From Candidatus Nealsonbacteria bacterium (GTDB lineage Bacteria; Patescibacteriota; Minisyncoccia; Minisyncoccales; RBG-13-42-11), in the NCBI GenBank assembly GCA_026396115.1, contig JAPLXL010000005.1, forward strand, positions 2,967 through 66,966: a stretch of DNA of 64,000 nt, given 5' to 3'. The notes under the pieces are model-generated. The model did no database searches. It was given only the letters and a program-made list of their open reading frames with translations, and was not told the DNA's origin. The position numbers were made by a program, and so were the translations under genes. Positions 28,537 through 37,234 of the stretch are shown here, in pieces. Position 1 is the stretch's first letter. The number at the start of each line of letters is the position of its first letter.

Positions 28537-29559
28537 ATGAATGATTTTCTTTTTGTCTTGATAATATTTTTGATTGTGGCGGCAGGCGTGGGAGCAATCT
28601 TTTTTTTATTGCGTAAATCAAGAACTGATGAAAAACAGAGTGGCGCTATAGAAGATTTAAAAATAAGATTAGCTGAAATGACAGGTATTTTAAAAGAGAT
28701 GAGCGACAGCCAAGATGGAACTTCAAGAGCAATGCAAGATCAAATGCATTCTTTTACCAAAGAAGCAACCCAGATAAGAGAAGATTTAAAACATGTTCAA
28801 GAAAGCGTAAAAGACGTTTCTTCTTTTCAGGAAATTTTCAAAGCGCCAAAACTCAGGGGGCAATGGGGTGAAGCGTCTTTAGAACACATTTTATCCCAGC
28901 ACTTTCCCTCAGAGCTTTACAAATTACAATATCTGTTTTCTTCGGGCGAACAGGTAGACGCTGTGTTATCGCTTCCTAATGCCAAAACCCTGCCGATTGA
29001 CGCTAAATTTCCCTCTGAAAACTTTACTAAAATGGTTGAAGCTTCGGGCGCTGAAAAGGATGCTTTCCGGAAAAAATTCATTGATGACATCAAAGGCCAT
29101 ATTGATAAAATCGCTGCAAAATATATAATACCTGCCGATGGAACCGTTGATTTCGCTTTAATGTATATTCCGGCCGAAGCCATTTATTACGAGATAGTTA
29201 ATAATATTGGCAAAGAATTTGATTTAACGGGTTACGCTATGTCAAAGAAAGTGGTTCTCACTTCTCCCAACACGATTTATTTAACCTTAAGAACAATCGA
29301 GCATTGGTTTAAAGATACCCAAATTTCCCGGCAAACGCAGGAAATTCTGAAAAGATTAAATAAGGTTTATCAGGACGCCGGAAAGTTAATGGATGATTTC
29401 AGAAAACTGGGTTCACATTTAAAAAATGCCGTTTCTTCTTATGACAGTTCGGAAAAACGTCTTGATATGTTTTCTGACAAGGTCGAAAGATTATTAGAGG
29501 TCAAAAAAACTAAAGTTTCTTCTTCCCCCTCGCTTCGCTCGGGAGGTCAAAGAAGTTAA
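28537..29559 (+). CDS. rmuC: DNA recombination protein RmuC
   Basis: RGQWGE, PIDAKFP, TVDFALMYIPAE, SPNT. Confidence 0.92.
   Translation: MNDFLFVLIIFLIVAAGVGAIFFLLRKSRTDEKQSGAIEDLKIRLAEMTGILKEMSDSQDGTSRAMQDQMHSFTKEATQIREDLKHVQESVKDVSSFQEIFKAPKLRGQWGEASLEHILSQHFPSELYKLQYLFSSGEQVDAVLSLPNAKTLPIDAKFPSENFTKMVEASGAEKDAFRKKFIDDIKGHIDKIAAKYIIPADGTVDFALMYIPAEAIYYEIVNNIGKEFDLTGYAMSKKVVLTSPNTIYLTLRTIEHWFKDTQISRQTQEILKRLNKVYQDAGKLMDDFRKLGSHLKNAVSSYDSSEKRLDMFSDKVERLLEVKKTKVSSSPSLRSGGQRS
29499..29546. repeat. Family A copy forming rmuC C-terminus (VSSSPSLRSGG)
   Basis: TTTCTTCTTCCCCCTCGCTTCGCTCGGGAGG matches tandem unit 4. Confidence 0.8.
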
Positions 29560-29583
29560 AAAATTAAAAAAAGGTGAATAAAT

Positions 29584-29922
29584 ATGTTAGCCATAATCAA
29601 AACCGGGGGCAAGCAGTATCTTGTATCTCCGGGACAAAAAATTAAGATTGAAAAAATTGATAAAACCGCCTTCGCTAAAACTAAGACGGACAAGGAAAGT
29701 CAAGAAATAGTTTTTGATGAAGTTTTGTTATTGCAAAAAGGGAATAAGCTGGAAATCGGCACTCCTTTGGTCAAGGGAGCAAAAGTTACCGGGAAAATTG
29801 TTCGGCAGGGTAAAGCTAAAAAAGTAATTGTTTTTAAATACAAAGCAAAAAAACGCTACAAAGTAAAAAAGGGCCATCGCCAGCCCTTTACTGAAGTAGA
29901 AATCACTAAAATTTCTAATTGA
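29584..29922 (+). CDS. rplU: 50S ribosomal protein bL21
   Basis: AIIKTGGKQY, IGTPLV, GHRQPFT. Confidence 0.95.
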   Translation: MLAIIKTGGKQYLVSPGQKIKIEKIDKTAFAKTKTDKESQEIVFDEVLLLQKGNKLEIGTPLVKGAKVTGKIVRQGKAKKVIVFKYKAKKRYKVKKGHRQPFTEVEITKISN

Positions 29923-29930
29923 CCTAATTT

Positions 29931-30593
29931 CTATTTTCGGCCTTCCAGAGCCGAAGATAAAGTTTCTTCATCAGCATACTCTAATTCACCGCCAAAGGGC
30001 AGCCCCCGACCAAGTCGGGTGGTTTTTTTGCCTAAGGGTTTTAGCGTTCTTTCCAAATACAAAGCTGTGGCTTCTCCTTCGGTTATGGGATTCAAAGCAA
30101 TAATAATTTCTTTTATTTCAGGGTTTTTAACCCTTTCTAAAAGCTCTTGAATCCTTCTTAATTTTTTTAATTCAGGGGCTCGTCCTTTGGACGGGAGGGT
30201 GGTGGGCGGGTTGTAGTCTTTTTTTAAGACAGAAACCGTTCCGCCCAATATAAAATACAAACCTTGATATTTTCTGGTTTTTTCAATAGAAATTAAATCC
30301 GTCTCTTTTTCAACCAGACAAATTAAGGACTTGTCCCGGCGGGGATCTTGGCAGATTTCGCAAAGCTCGCCTTCGGCTTTTTGGCCTGAGCTTGTCGAAG
30401 GCTCAAATGATTTGTAGCAAAGCTTGCACAATTTCACGTTTTCTTTAAGTTTTAAAATGGCTGAGGTTAATTCTTTTATTTCTCTTTCGTTCAGCCTTAA
30501 TAAGTAAAAAACAAATCGGCTAGCTGTTCTGGGACCTATCGTCGGGAATTTTGAGAATAAATTAATTAATTTTTGAATAGTAGGGGAATGCAT
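29931..30593 (-). CDS. recR: Recombination mediator RecR
   Basis: PTIGPRTASR, C4 zinc finger, EGEATALY, GGELEYAD. Confidence 0.95.
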   Translation of the reverse strand: MHSPTIQKLINLFSKFPTIGPRTASRFVFYLLRLNEREIKELTSAILKLKENVKLCKLCYKSFEPSTSSGQKAEGELCEICQDPRRDKSLICLVEKETDLISIEKTRKYQGLYFILGGTVSVLKKDYNPPTTLPSKGRAPELKKLRRIQELLERVKNPEIKEIIIALNPITEGEATALYLERTLKPLGKKTTRLGRGLPFGGELEYADEETLSSALEGRK

Positions 30594-30596
30594 AAT

Positions 30597-31952
30597 TTAC
30601 TCTTCCATATACCCTTTCTCTAAATTTCTAAAGGCAACCCGACTTTCATCAAAATATAGTTCTACATTGCCCACAGGGCCGTTTCGATGTTTGGCGATAA
30701 TGATATCGGCAATATTTTTTCTGGCGGAATCGGACCTGTATCTGTCCTCGCGGTAAATAAACAAAACCACGTCAGCATCTTGTTCTATGGCTCCAGTTTC
30801 TCTTAAATCAGACAATCTGGGGATTTGGGGAGACCTTTGTTCAACTGCCCTTGATAATTGAGAAAGAGCCAAGACCGGCACATTTAGTTCTCTGGCTAAA
30901 GATTTAAGAGAACGAGAAATTTCTGTCATCTGCTGAACCATACTGGTCATGGCATTCCTTGGCTCCATTAACTGTAGATAATCAACAATAATAAGTCCTA
31001 ATCCTTTCTCTACCTGCAATCTTCTGGCCATTGCCCTCATTTGTAAAATATTACAAACAGCCGTGTCATCAATATAGATAGGAGCTTCGGACAAAACTCC
31101 CAAAGCATGTTGGATTCTGGTAAAGTCATTATCGTCCCCATCGCTGGAAAGTTTCCCGGTCCTTAATCTCCATAGATCAATTCCGGCTTGGTCGGCAATA
31201 AATCTATCAACCAATTGGTCTCTTGACATTTCCAAACTAAATATTCCTACCGGTATTTTTTCATTAATACTGACATAGCTGGCAATATTTGTTGCCAAAC
31301 TGCTTTTTCCCATGGCTGGCCTTGAAGCTAAAACAATTAAATCTGATTTTTGCAGACCGGCCAGAATATTGTCCAAACCTGTAAAACCGGTCGGTAATCC
31401 CCTCAGACCCCCTTTATATTTTGACAATTTATCAATTCTTTCAAAGGCCTCTCCCAAACTTGCTTTAATTGGAATAAAATTTTGAGAAAGACCTTGTTGG
31501 GCGATGCTAAAAATCTTTTTCTCTGCCCGGTCTAATAAAATATCAGTATCATCTGTTTCGTTATAACCCATTGTGGCAACTTCAGAACCGGTTTCAATCA
31601 AATCTCTTAGAATTCTCTTTTTTTGAACAATTTTGGCGTAATGCAAAATATTGGTGGCGGTTGGAACGCAGTTAACTAATTCGGTTAAATAACTGTTTCC
31701 GCCAATCTCTTCCAGACAACCCACCTCTTTTAGTCGGTTGGCAACGCTCAGAACATCAATTGCCTCTCCTTTTTCAAAGAGATCCTGACAGATCTTGTAA
31801 ATTTTTTCGTGAGCCGGCCGATAAAAATCATTGGGCCGAACAAAATCAACCGCTTTGACAATAGCGTTTTTATCAAGCATCAAACATCCCAATAAAGACC
31901 TTTCAGCATCTATATTTTGAGGAGGTAGTTTATCCGGGATTTCATTGGTCAT
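30597..31952 (-). CDS. dnaB: Replicative DNA helicase
   Basis: RPAMGKS, SLEMS, VDYLQL, LSQLSR, EQDAD, KHRNGP. Confidence 0.97.
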   Translation of the reverse strand: MTNEIPDKLPPQNIDAERSLLGCLMLDKNAIVKAVDFVRPNDFYRPAHEKIYKICQDLFEKGEAIDVLSVANRLKEVGCLEEIGGNSYLTELVNCVPTATNILHYAKIVQKKRILRDLIETGSEVATMGYNETDDTDILLDRAEKKIFSIAQQGLSQNFIPIKASLGEAFERIDKLSKYKGGLRGLPTGFTGLDNILAGLQKSDLIVLASRPAMGKSSLATNIASYVSINEKIPVGIFSLEMSRDQLVDRFIADQAGIDLWRLRTGKLSSDGDDNDFTRIQHALGVLSEAPIYIDDTAVCNILQMRAMARRLQVEKGLGLIIVDYLQLMEPRNAMTSMVQQMTEISRSLKSLARELNVPVLALSQLSRAVEQRSPQIPRLSDLRETGAIEQDADVVLFIYREDRYRSDSARKNIADIIIAKHRNGPVGNVELYFDESRVAFRNLEKGYMEE

Positions 31953-31960
31953 TGAAATAA

Positions 31961-32011
31961 GTCGAAGAGATAAATCTCTTCTTCATCTTTGCTTCCTTCG
32001 GAAGCTCGATA
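31961..32011. repeat. Family A copy inserted into an AT-rich palindromic unit
   Basis: GTCGAAGAGATAAATCTCTTC...GCTTCCTTCGGAAGCTCGAT. Confidence 0.8.
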
Positions 32012-32100
32012 ATTAAAAATTTATTGAAAATTGAAATGAATTGAAAATTCATTGGTCATACGAATGTAAATTAGCACAAGGGAGGCAAATGCGCAAATTG

Positions 32101-33507
32101 CTAAATTTTCTTAATTTTTGGTCCCTCTTTAGTATCTTCAACCCAATAACCAAGTTTTTTAATTTTTTCTCTTATTTCATCGGCTTTCTGCCAAAGCCCT
32201 TGTTCCCGATATTTCTGGCGTTGATTAGTTAAACTAAGCAACTCGCTGGAGATTTTTTCCTTTGGTTTTTTCCATAATATAAAATTAAAAATTCTATCGA
32301 TCTTTTTCAAAAATTCTAAAATATTTTTGGCATTAGTAGAAGATAATTTATTTTGAGAGATTAAAATATTTCCCTTATTTACGAAATCAAATATAACAGC
32401 AATTGCTTTTGGCGTATTAAAATCATCTTCCATTGACCCGTTAAAATCCTTTTGACTTCTTAAAATTAAATCTTTAATAATTTTTGAGTTTTTAGATGCA
32501 GTTTTTCGCTTTGCGGTATGCCATTTTAGTTTTGATACAAACTCATCTATTCTTTCCAATTCTCTTTTTGTTTGTAAAACCAATTTATCATTGTAATCAA
32601 GAGGGGAGCGGTAATGATTTTTTATTATAAGCAACCTTAAAACCCGGCTGTCATTTTCTTTCAGAAAGTCCCTGATAGTAATAAAATTACCCAGGGATTT
32701 TGCCATTTTTTGCCCTGTTACGGTTAAAAATCCCGAATGGAGCCAGTATTTAACTAATGGTTTCTTTTCTGAGATTGCTTCCATTTGAGCAATTTCAGCT
32801 TCGTGGTGGGGGAAAATCAGGTCCCTGGCGCCACCGTGAATGTCATATTGCGGCCCAAAATATTTCTCTGTAATGGCCGTATCCTCAATGTGCCAGCCCG
32901 GTCTTCCCAAAAACCAGGGCGATTTCCATTTTGGCTCGCCAGTTTTAGATTTTTTCCACAGGCAAAAATCACCTTTATTCTTTTTCTCTATGCTTTCATC
33001 TATCCTTGATACGGCATCCTCTGCTCCTAAAACTGTTCTGCGAGAAAGTTTTCCGTAATTTTTAAATTTTGAAATATCATAATAAATTCCATCATCAATT
33101 TGATAAGCATACCCCTTTTTTAAAAGCCGTTTAACCTGTCTGATAATTTCTTTGATATGTTCTGTCGCTCTGGCGTATTTTGTCACGCTGTCTATTTTCA
33201 AACGTTTCATATCTTTCATATATTCCTTTTCAAAATCCCGCGCCAATCTTTGAGGAGAAGCTTTCTTTTCTTTTGCCCGATTGATGATTTTATCGTCAAT
33301 ATCGGTGATATTTTGAAGATAGGAAACATTAAATCCCTTTTCTCTCAAATATTTGACAATCATATCAAAAACAATATAGGTTCTGGCATGGCCTATATGA
33401 CTGAAATCGTATGGTGTGATACCGCAAACAAAAAGATTAATTCTTCCCTTTTTCAGGGGCCTGAAAACCTCCTTTTTCCGTGTTAGGGTATTATAAAGTT
33501 TGAGCAT
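32101..33507 (-). CDS. cysS: Cysteine--tRNA ligase
   Basis: CGITPY, HIGH, GRPGWHIE, FPHHE, KMAKS. Confidence 0.97.
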   Translation of the reverse strand: MLKLYNTLTRKKEVFRPLKKGRINLFVCGITPYDFSHIGHARTYIVFDMIVKYLREKGFNVSYLQNITDIDDKIINRAKEKKASPQRLARDFEKEYMKDMKRLKIDSVTKYARATEHIKEIIRQVKRLLKKGYAYQIDDGIYYDISKFKNYGKLSRRTVLGAEDAVSRIDESIEKKNKGDFCLWKKSKTGEPKWKSPWFLGRPGWHIEDTAITEKYFGPQYDIHGGARDLIFPHHEAEIAQMEAISEKKPLVKYWLHSGFLTVTGQKMAKSLGNFITIRDFLKENDSRVLRLLIIKNHYRSPLDYNDKLVLQTKRELERIDEFVSKLKWHTAKRKTASKNSKIIKDLILRSQKDFNGSMEDDFNTPKAIAVIFDFVNKGNILISQNKLSSTNAKNILEFLKKIDRIFNFILWKKPKEKISSELLSLTNQRQKYREQGLWQKADEIREKIKKLGYWVEDTKEGPKIKKI

Positions 33508-33579
33508 TATTCTATTTTACCACAATTTATTTTCTTTTCAAAAATCCTATTTTATGATAATATAACTAAACATAATATT

Positions 33580-34200
33580 ATGAACTTAAAAAACTTTAGA
33601 AAATCGGATATTTTAGCTTCTCTTATTATTGCCGAAGTTGATGCCTGGCTTCTGCTCTTTATTTTAAAAACTATTAAAGTTCAGTTGCCTCCTATTCTTG
33701 ATCCGTTTTTGCGTTTTCTGCCTTTGATTTTACCTTTGTTAGCCCTTTTTTATATTATTGTCGGTTCTTTTTTCAAAGAAAAATTTTCTGCTATTTTTCA
33801 ACTCTTCAAATTTACTCTGACCGGTTCTCTGAATACTTTTATTGATCTCGCGGCACTAAATCTCCTGATGCAGGTTCTCCAGATAACTTCCGGCTGGTAT
33901 TTCTCCTTTTTCAAGTTAATCTCTTTTTCCTGCGCTGCAGTAAACTCCTATCTCTGGAATAAATTCTGGACCTTCAAAAAGAAAGAAACAAAGGTTGGGA
34001 CAAAAGAATTTTCCCAATTCTACATCATAACCGGAATTAGCCTCTTAATAAATGTCGGTTTAGCTTCCTTGATTGTTAATGTTGGGCCTCAATTCGGCCT
34101 CTCAGAGACGCTCTGGGCGAATGTAGGGGCTTTTGGAGGGGTTCTCGGCACCTTCATCTGGAATTTCTTAGGGTATAAATTTATTGTTTTTAAAAGCTGA
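33580..34200 (+). CDS. GtrA family protein
   Basis: NTFIDL, NSYLWNKFWTF, WNFLGYKFIVF. Confidence 0.85.
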   Translation: MNLKNFRKSDILASLIIAEVDAWLLLFILKTIKVQLPPILDPFLRFLPLILPLLALFYIIVGSFFKEKFSAIFQLFKFTLTGSLNTFIDLAALNLLMQVLQITSGWYFSFFKLISFSCAAVNSYLWNKFWTFKKKETKVGTKEFSQFYIITGISLLINVGLASLIVNVGPQFGLSETLWANVGAFGGVLGTFIWNFLGYKFIVFKS

Positions 34201-34210
34201 AGCTAATAAT

Positions 34211-35320
34211 ATGTCCTTAGTATTATATCGAAAATACAGACCGAAAACTTTTACTGAAGTTGTAGGGCAAGAACATATAGTGAAAACCTTGACCAATGCT
34301 ATTGCCTCGGGAATGATTTCTCATGCCTATTTGTTTACCGGGCCTAGGGGAACAGGAAAAACAACTTTAGGCCGTCTTTTAGCTAAGGCCTTAAATTGTC
34401 AAAACAGGAAAGAAGGGGAGTATGAGCCTTGTAATCAATGCGACTCCTGCCAGGAAATAAATAAAGGAAATTCCATTGATATGATAGAAATAGATGCTGC
34501 TTCTAATCGGGGCATTGACGAAATGAGAGATTTAAAAGAGGGGATCCGTTTTGCACCCGCTAAGTCAAAATATAAGGTATTTATTATCGACGAATGCCAT
34601 CAGTTAACCAAGGAGGCAAATAATGCTCTTTTAAAAACTTTGGAGGAACCGCCTTCACACGCCATTTTTGTCTTGGCTACGACCGAAATCCATAAAATGA
34701 TTCCAACAATCATTTCAAGATGCCAGCGTTTTGACTTCAAAAAACTGACTTTACAAGAGATTATAAAAAAATTAGAATTTATTGCGAAAAAAGAAGAAGT
34801 TAAAATAGAAAAAAGAGCTTTGGAATTAATTGCCTTGAATGCCGCAGGTTCCGTCAGGGACGCAGAAAGCATCTTCGGCCAGATTTTAACCTTTGAAGAT
34901 ACGGCTCGGGAAATAAAAGCTGAAGAAGTGAAAGATTTGCTGGGCCTGGTGGAGATAAATTTAATCAGTCAATTATTTGATTTTCTTTCCCAAAAAAAAG
35001 CTTCGGAAGCTCTTAATTTTTTAAACGACATAATTGAAAAAGGCGTTGACCTCCAAGAATTTACAAAATCTTTGATTAATTATTTAAGACAAACTCTTAT
35101 TTTAAAAATAACCGGTTTACAAGAAACCAATCCGATTATCACCGGTTTGACCAAAGAAGAATTTCAAAAAATGCAAAAACAGACAGAAAGTTTTAAGGAA
35201 GAAGAATTGCTCCAAATTATAAATCTTTTTCTGGAAGCAGAAAATAAAATGAAATATTCTTCAATACTGCAGCTGCCCTTAGAATTAGCCATCATCGAAG
35301 CAATAGAGCCTATAGAGTAA
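34211..35320 (+). CDS. dnaX: DNA polymerase III subunit gamma/tau
   Basis: LYRKYRP, GPRGTGKT, EIDAASN, LLKTLEEP, SRCQ. Confidence 0.97.
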   Translation: MSLVLYRKYRPKTFTEVVGQEHIVKTLTNAIASGMISHAYLFTGPRGTGKTTLGRLLAKALNCQNRKEGEYEPCNQCDSCQEINKGNSIDMIEIDAASNRGIDEMRDLKEGIRFAPAKSKYKVFIIDECHQLTKEANNALLKTLEEPPSHAIFVLATTEIHKMIPTIISRCQRFDFKKLTLQEIIKKLEFIAKKEEVKIEKRALELIALNAAGSVRDAESIFGQILTFEDTAREIKAEEVKDLLGLVEINLISQLFDFLSQKKASEALNFLNDIIEKGVDLQEFTKSLINYLRQTLILKITGLQETNPIITGLTKEEFQKMQKQTESFKEEELLQIINLFLEAENKMKYSSILQLPLELAIIEAIEPIE

Positions 35321-35324
35321 TCAA

Positions 35325-35395
35325 TGCGGGGTCGTCTAATGGTAGGACAACAGATTTTGGATCTGTCTATCTTGGTTCGAATCCAAGCCCCGCAG
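35325..35395 (+). tRNA. tRNA-Gln(TTG)
   Basis: TGCGGGG/CCCCGCA acceptor, ACAGA-TTTTGGA-TCTGT anticodon arm, GGTTCGAATCC; CCA not encoded. Confidence 0.95.
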
Positions 35396-35401
35396 CAAAA
35401 T

Positions 35402-35435
35402 AAAAATCGCCAATCAGGCGGTTTTTTGGTAAGAT
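35402..35435 (+). terminator. Fused terminator/promoter junction J (first copy; others at 42266, 44976, 46303, 47185, 51419, 57026, 59523)
   Basis: AAAAATCGCC-N5-GGCGGTTTTTTGG-TAAGAT; TCGCCA lies 17 bp before the -10. Confidence 0.75.
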
Positions 35436-35443
35436 AAAAACAT

Positions 35444-35791
35444 ATGAATAAATTTCCTAAAAACTTGCTAATAAGTTATTGCGGTATCTGTTGTTCTTTG
35501 TGCCCGAGTTTTAGAAAGAAACAATGCCCTGGCTGTCTTAAAATTCCTGAGTGCGAGATTGGTAAATGTGCAAAATCCAAGAAGCAGAGATGTTGCTTTT
35601 TATGTAAGGAATTTCCTTGCAAGCTATATGAAGAAGGCTTTGATTGGAATTTAGATAAATTTGATGATCTCAAAAAATTTAAACTTGGTATTGTAAAATG
35701 GAAACCATACGACAAGGAATATATTAGATTATTTAAGATTGGCAAGGAAATAGATAAGAATAAAAAGCATAAGAAAGCAAAGAAGGCATAA
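35444..35791 (+). CDS. DUF3795-like Cys-rich protein
   Basis: YCGICCSLC, CPGC, CCFLCKEFPC. Confidence 0.8.
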   Translation: MNKFPKNLLISYCGICCSLCPSFRKKQCPGCLKIPECEIGKCAKSKKQRCCFLCKEFPCKLYEEGFDWNLDKFDDLKKFKLGIVKWKPYDKEYIRLFKIGKEIDKNKKHKKAKKA

Positions 35792-35825
35792 TTTATATGA
35801 TAGAAGAGATTATATCTGTCAATTT

Positions 35826-37193
35826 ATGGAAAGAATTAAAAAAGCGAAAAACATAAAAAATATAGGCAAAATTTTTAAATATAAAAAAGTCCTGAATCTT
35901 GGAAGAGTATTTCAGAGAAAAAATTTTATTAAGCATATTCCCATTGCTGGATTGATATTAACTATTGCTATTGTGTTTTTTATATTTCGAATGGATATTT
36001 TGTCATATACTGATCCCATAGTAGAAACTCATGATGCTACCGATATATTAACAACTCAAGTTAAGGGAAATGGAGAAATAATATCAACAGGTGGGCAAGA
36101 TATCGATGAGATAGGATTTGAGTACGGTCTATCTCAAGAACCTACTTGGGTTAAAAATGAGACTGCTAATACGGAATATTGGTATAGGGCTTATGCAAAG
36201 ATAATAGCTAAGAAGATGTATGCTTTAATTGTTGCATCCCCAAATGAATTACAACTATTTGATATGGATGGAAATTTAGTAAATCAGATTGCAGTTGCAG
36301 GTTGGTCTTATGCTGGGTGTGGAGTAACTTTGGATTCTAAGGGTAATATTTATATAGAAGAAAATATGGAAGTAATTAAGAAATATGATTCTAATTTGAA
36401 TTTATTAGTTACCCAAAATATAGAAAGTGGGGATAACTGGATAGAAGGAATAAATATGGGACAAGATGGTTATTTGTATACACTTGAAGGTATAGCAAGT
36501 GGGTATGACATTAAAAAGAGGAATGTATCAGATTTGACTATTCAGGAAGTAATCCCTATAACTTCAGATATTTGGAATTTTCATACAGGCACACCTTGTC
36601 TTGATTCAAATGGTAATTTTTATATGGTTGGCCATGATGATGACATTGTAAAATATAGTAGTACAGGAGTATTATTAGCTTCAATAGATGTTGGTAGTAT
36701 ATCTAATGAATATGCTGGATGCGGTGTTTTGGGTAATTATGTGTATTTTGTCAAGAGTACAAATAAAATAGTTTATTTGCCATTAAATTTATCTACTTAT
36801 ACCGACTGGAATTTACCGTCTTCAATAGCTTATGGAATTACGGTTGCAGATGAACATCTAATCCTGTCAGGCTGGGATGGCGATAATGATGGCGCAACTT
36901 CGAAATATGATAGTGATAGAAATTTAGTTTGGACAAAGAAATTAACAGACGCTGGTTATGCATATAAGGCTGGCGGTTATCCGTCCCCTACTGAATATAT
37001 TGCTTACGGTGAATGGCTTGATTTTACTACGGCTGCTGGCCTCACAGTAGAAACTCATGATGCTACCGATATATTAACAACTCAAGTTAAGGGAAATGGA
37101 GAAATAATATCAACAGGTGGGCAAGATATCGATGAGATAGGATTTGAGTACGGTCTATCTCAAGAACCTACTTGGGTTAAAAATGACAAATAA
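35826..37193 (+). CDS. Surface protein, FN3-like plus beta-propeller; 5' part of a split gene
   Basis: TM, YWYRAYA...AYGEWLDFTT, YWTD/NHL-like blades; ends just after duplicated block. Confidence 0.65.
   Translation: MERIKKAKNIKNIGKIFKYKKVLNLGRVFQRKNFIKHIPIAGLILTIAIVFFIFRMDILSYTDPIVETHDATDILTTQVKGNGEIISTGGQDIDEIGFEYGLSQEPTWVKNETANTEYWYRAYAKIIAKKMYALIVASPNELQLFDMDGNLVNQIAVAGWSYAGCGVTLDSKGNIYIEENMEVIKKYDSNLNLLVTQNIESGDNWIEGINMGQDGYLYTLEGIASGYDIKKRNVSDLTIQEVIPITSDIWNFHTGTPCLDSNGNFYMVGHDDDIVKYSSTGVLLASIDVGSISNEYAGCGVLGNYVYFVKSTNKIVYLPLNLSTYTDWNLPSSIAYGITVADEHLILSGWDGDNDGATSKYDSDRNLVWTKKLTDAGYAYKAGGYPSPTEYIAYGEWLDFTTAAGLTVETHDATDILTTQVKGNGEIISTGGQDIDEIGFEYGLSQEPTWVKNDK
36020..36160 (+). repeat. 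141-bp exact direct repeat (second copy 37046-37186)
   Basis: Both encode VETHDATDILTT...EPTWVKN. Confidence 0.95.
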
Positions 37194-37234
37194 TTGGTAA
37201 TAAGATTTATTATACTTGGACAGAATATGATGCT

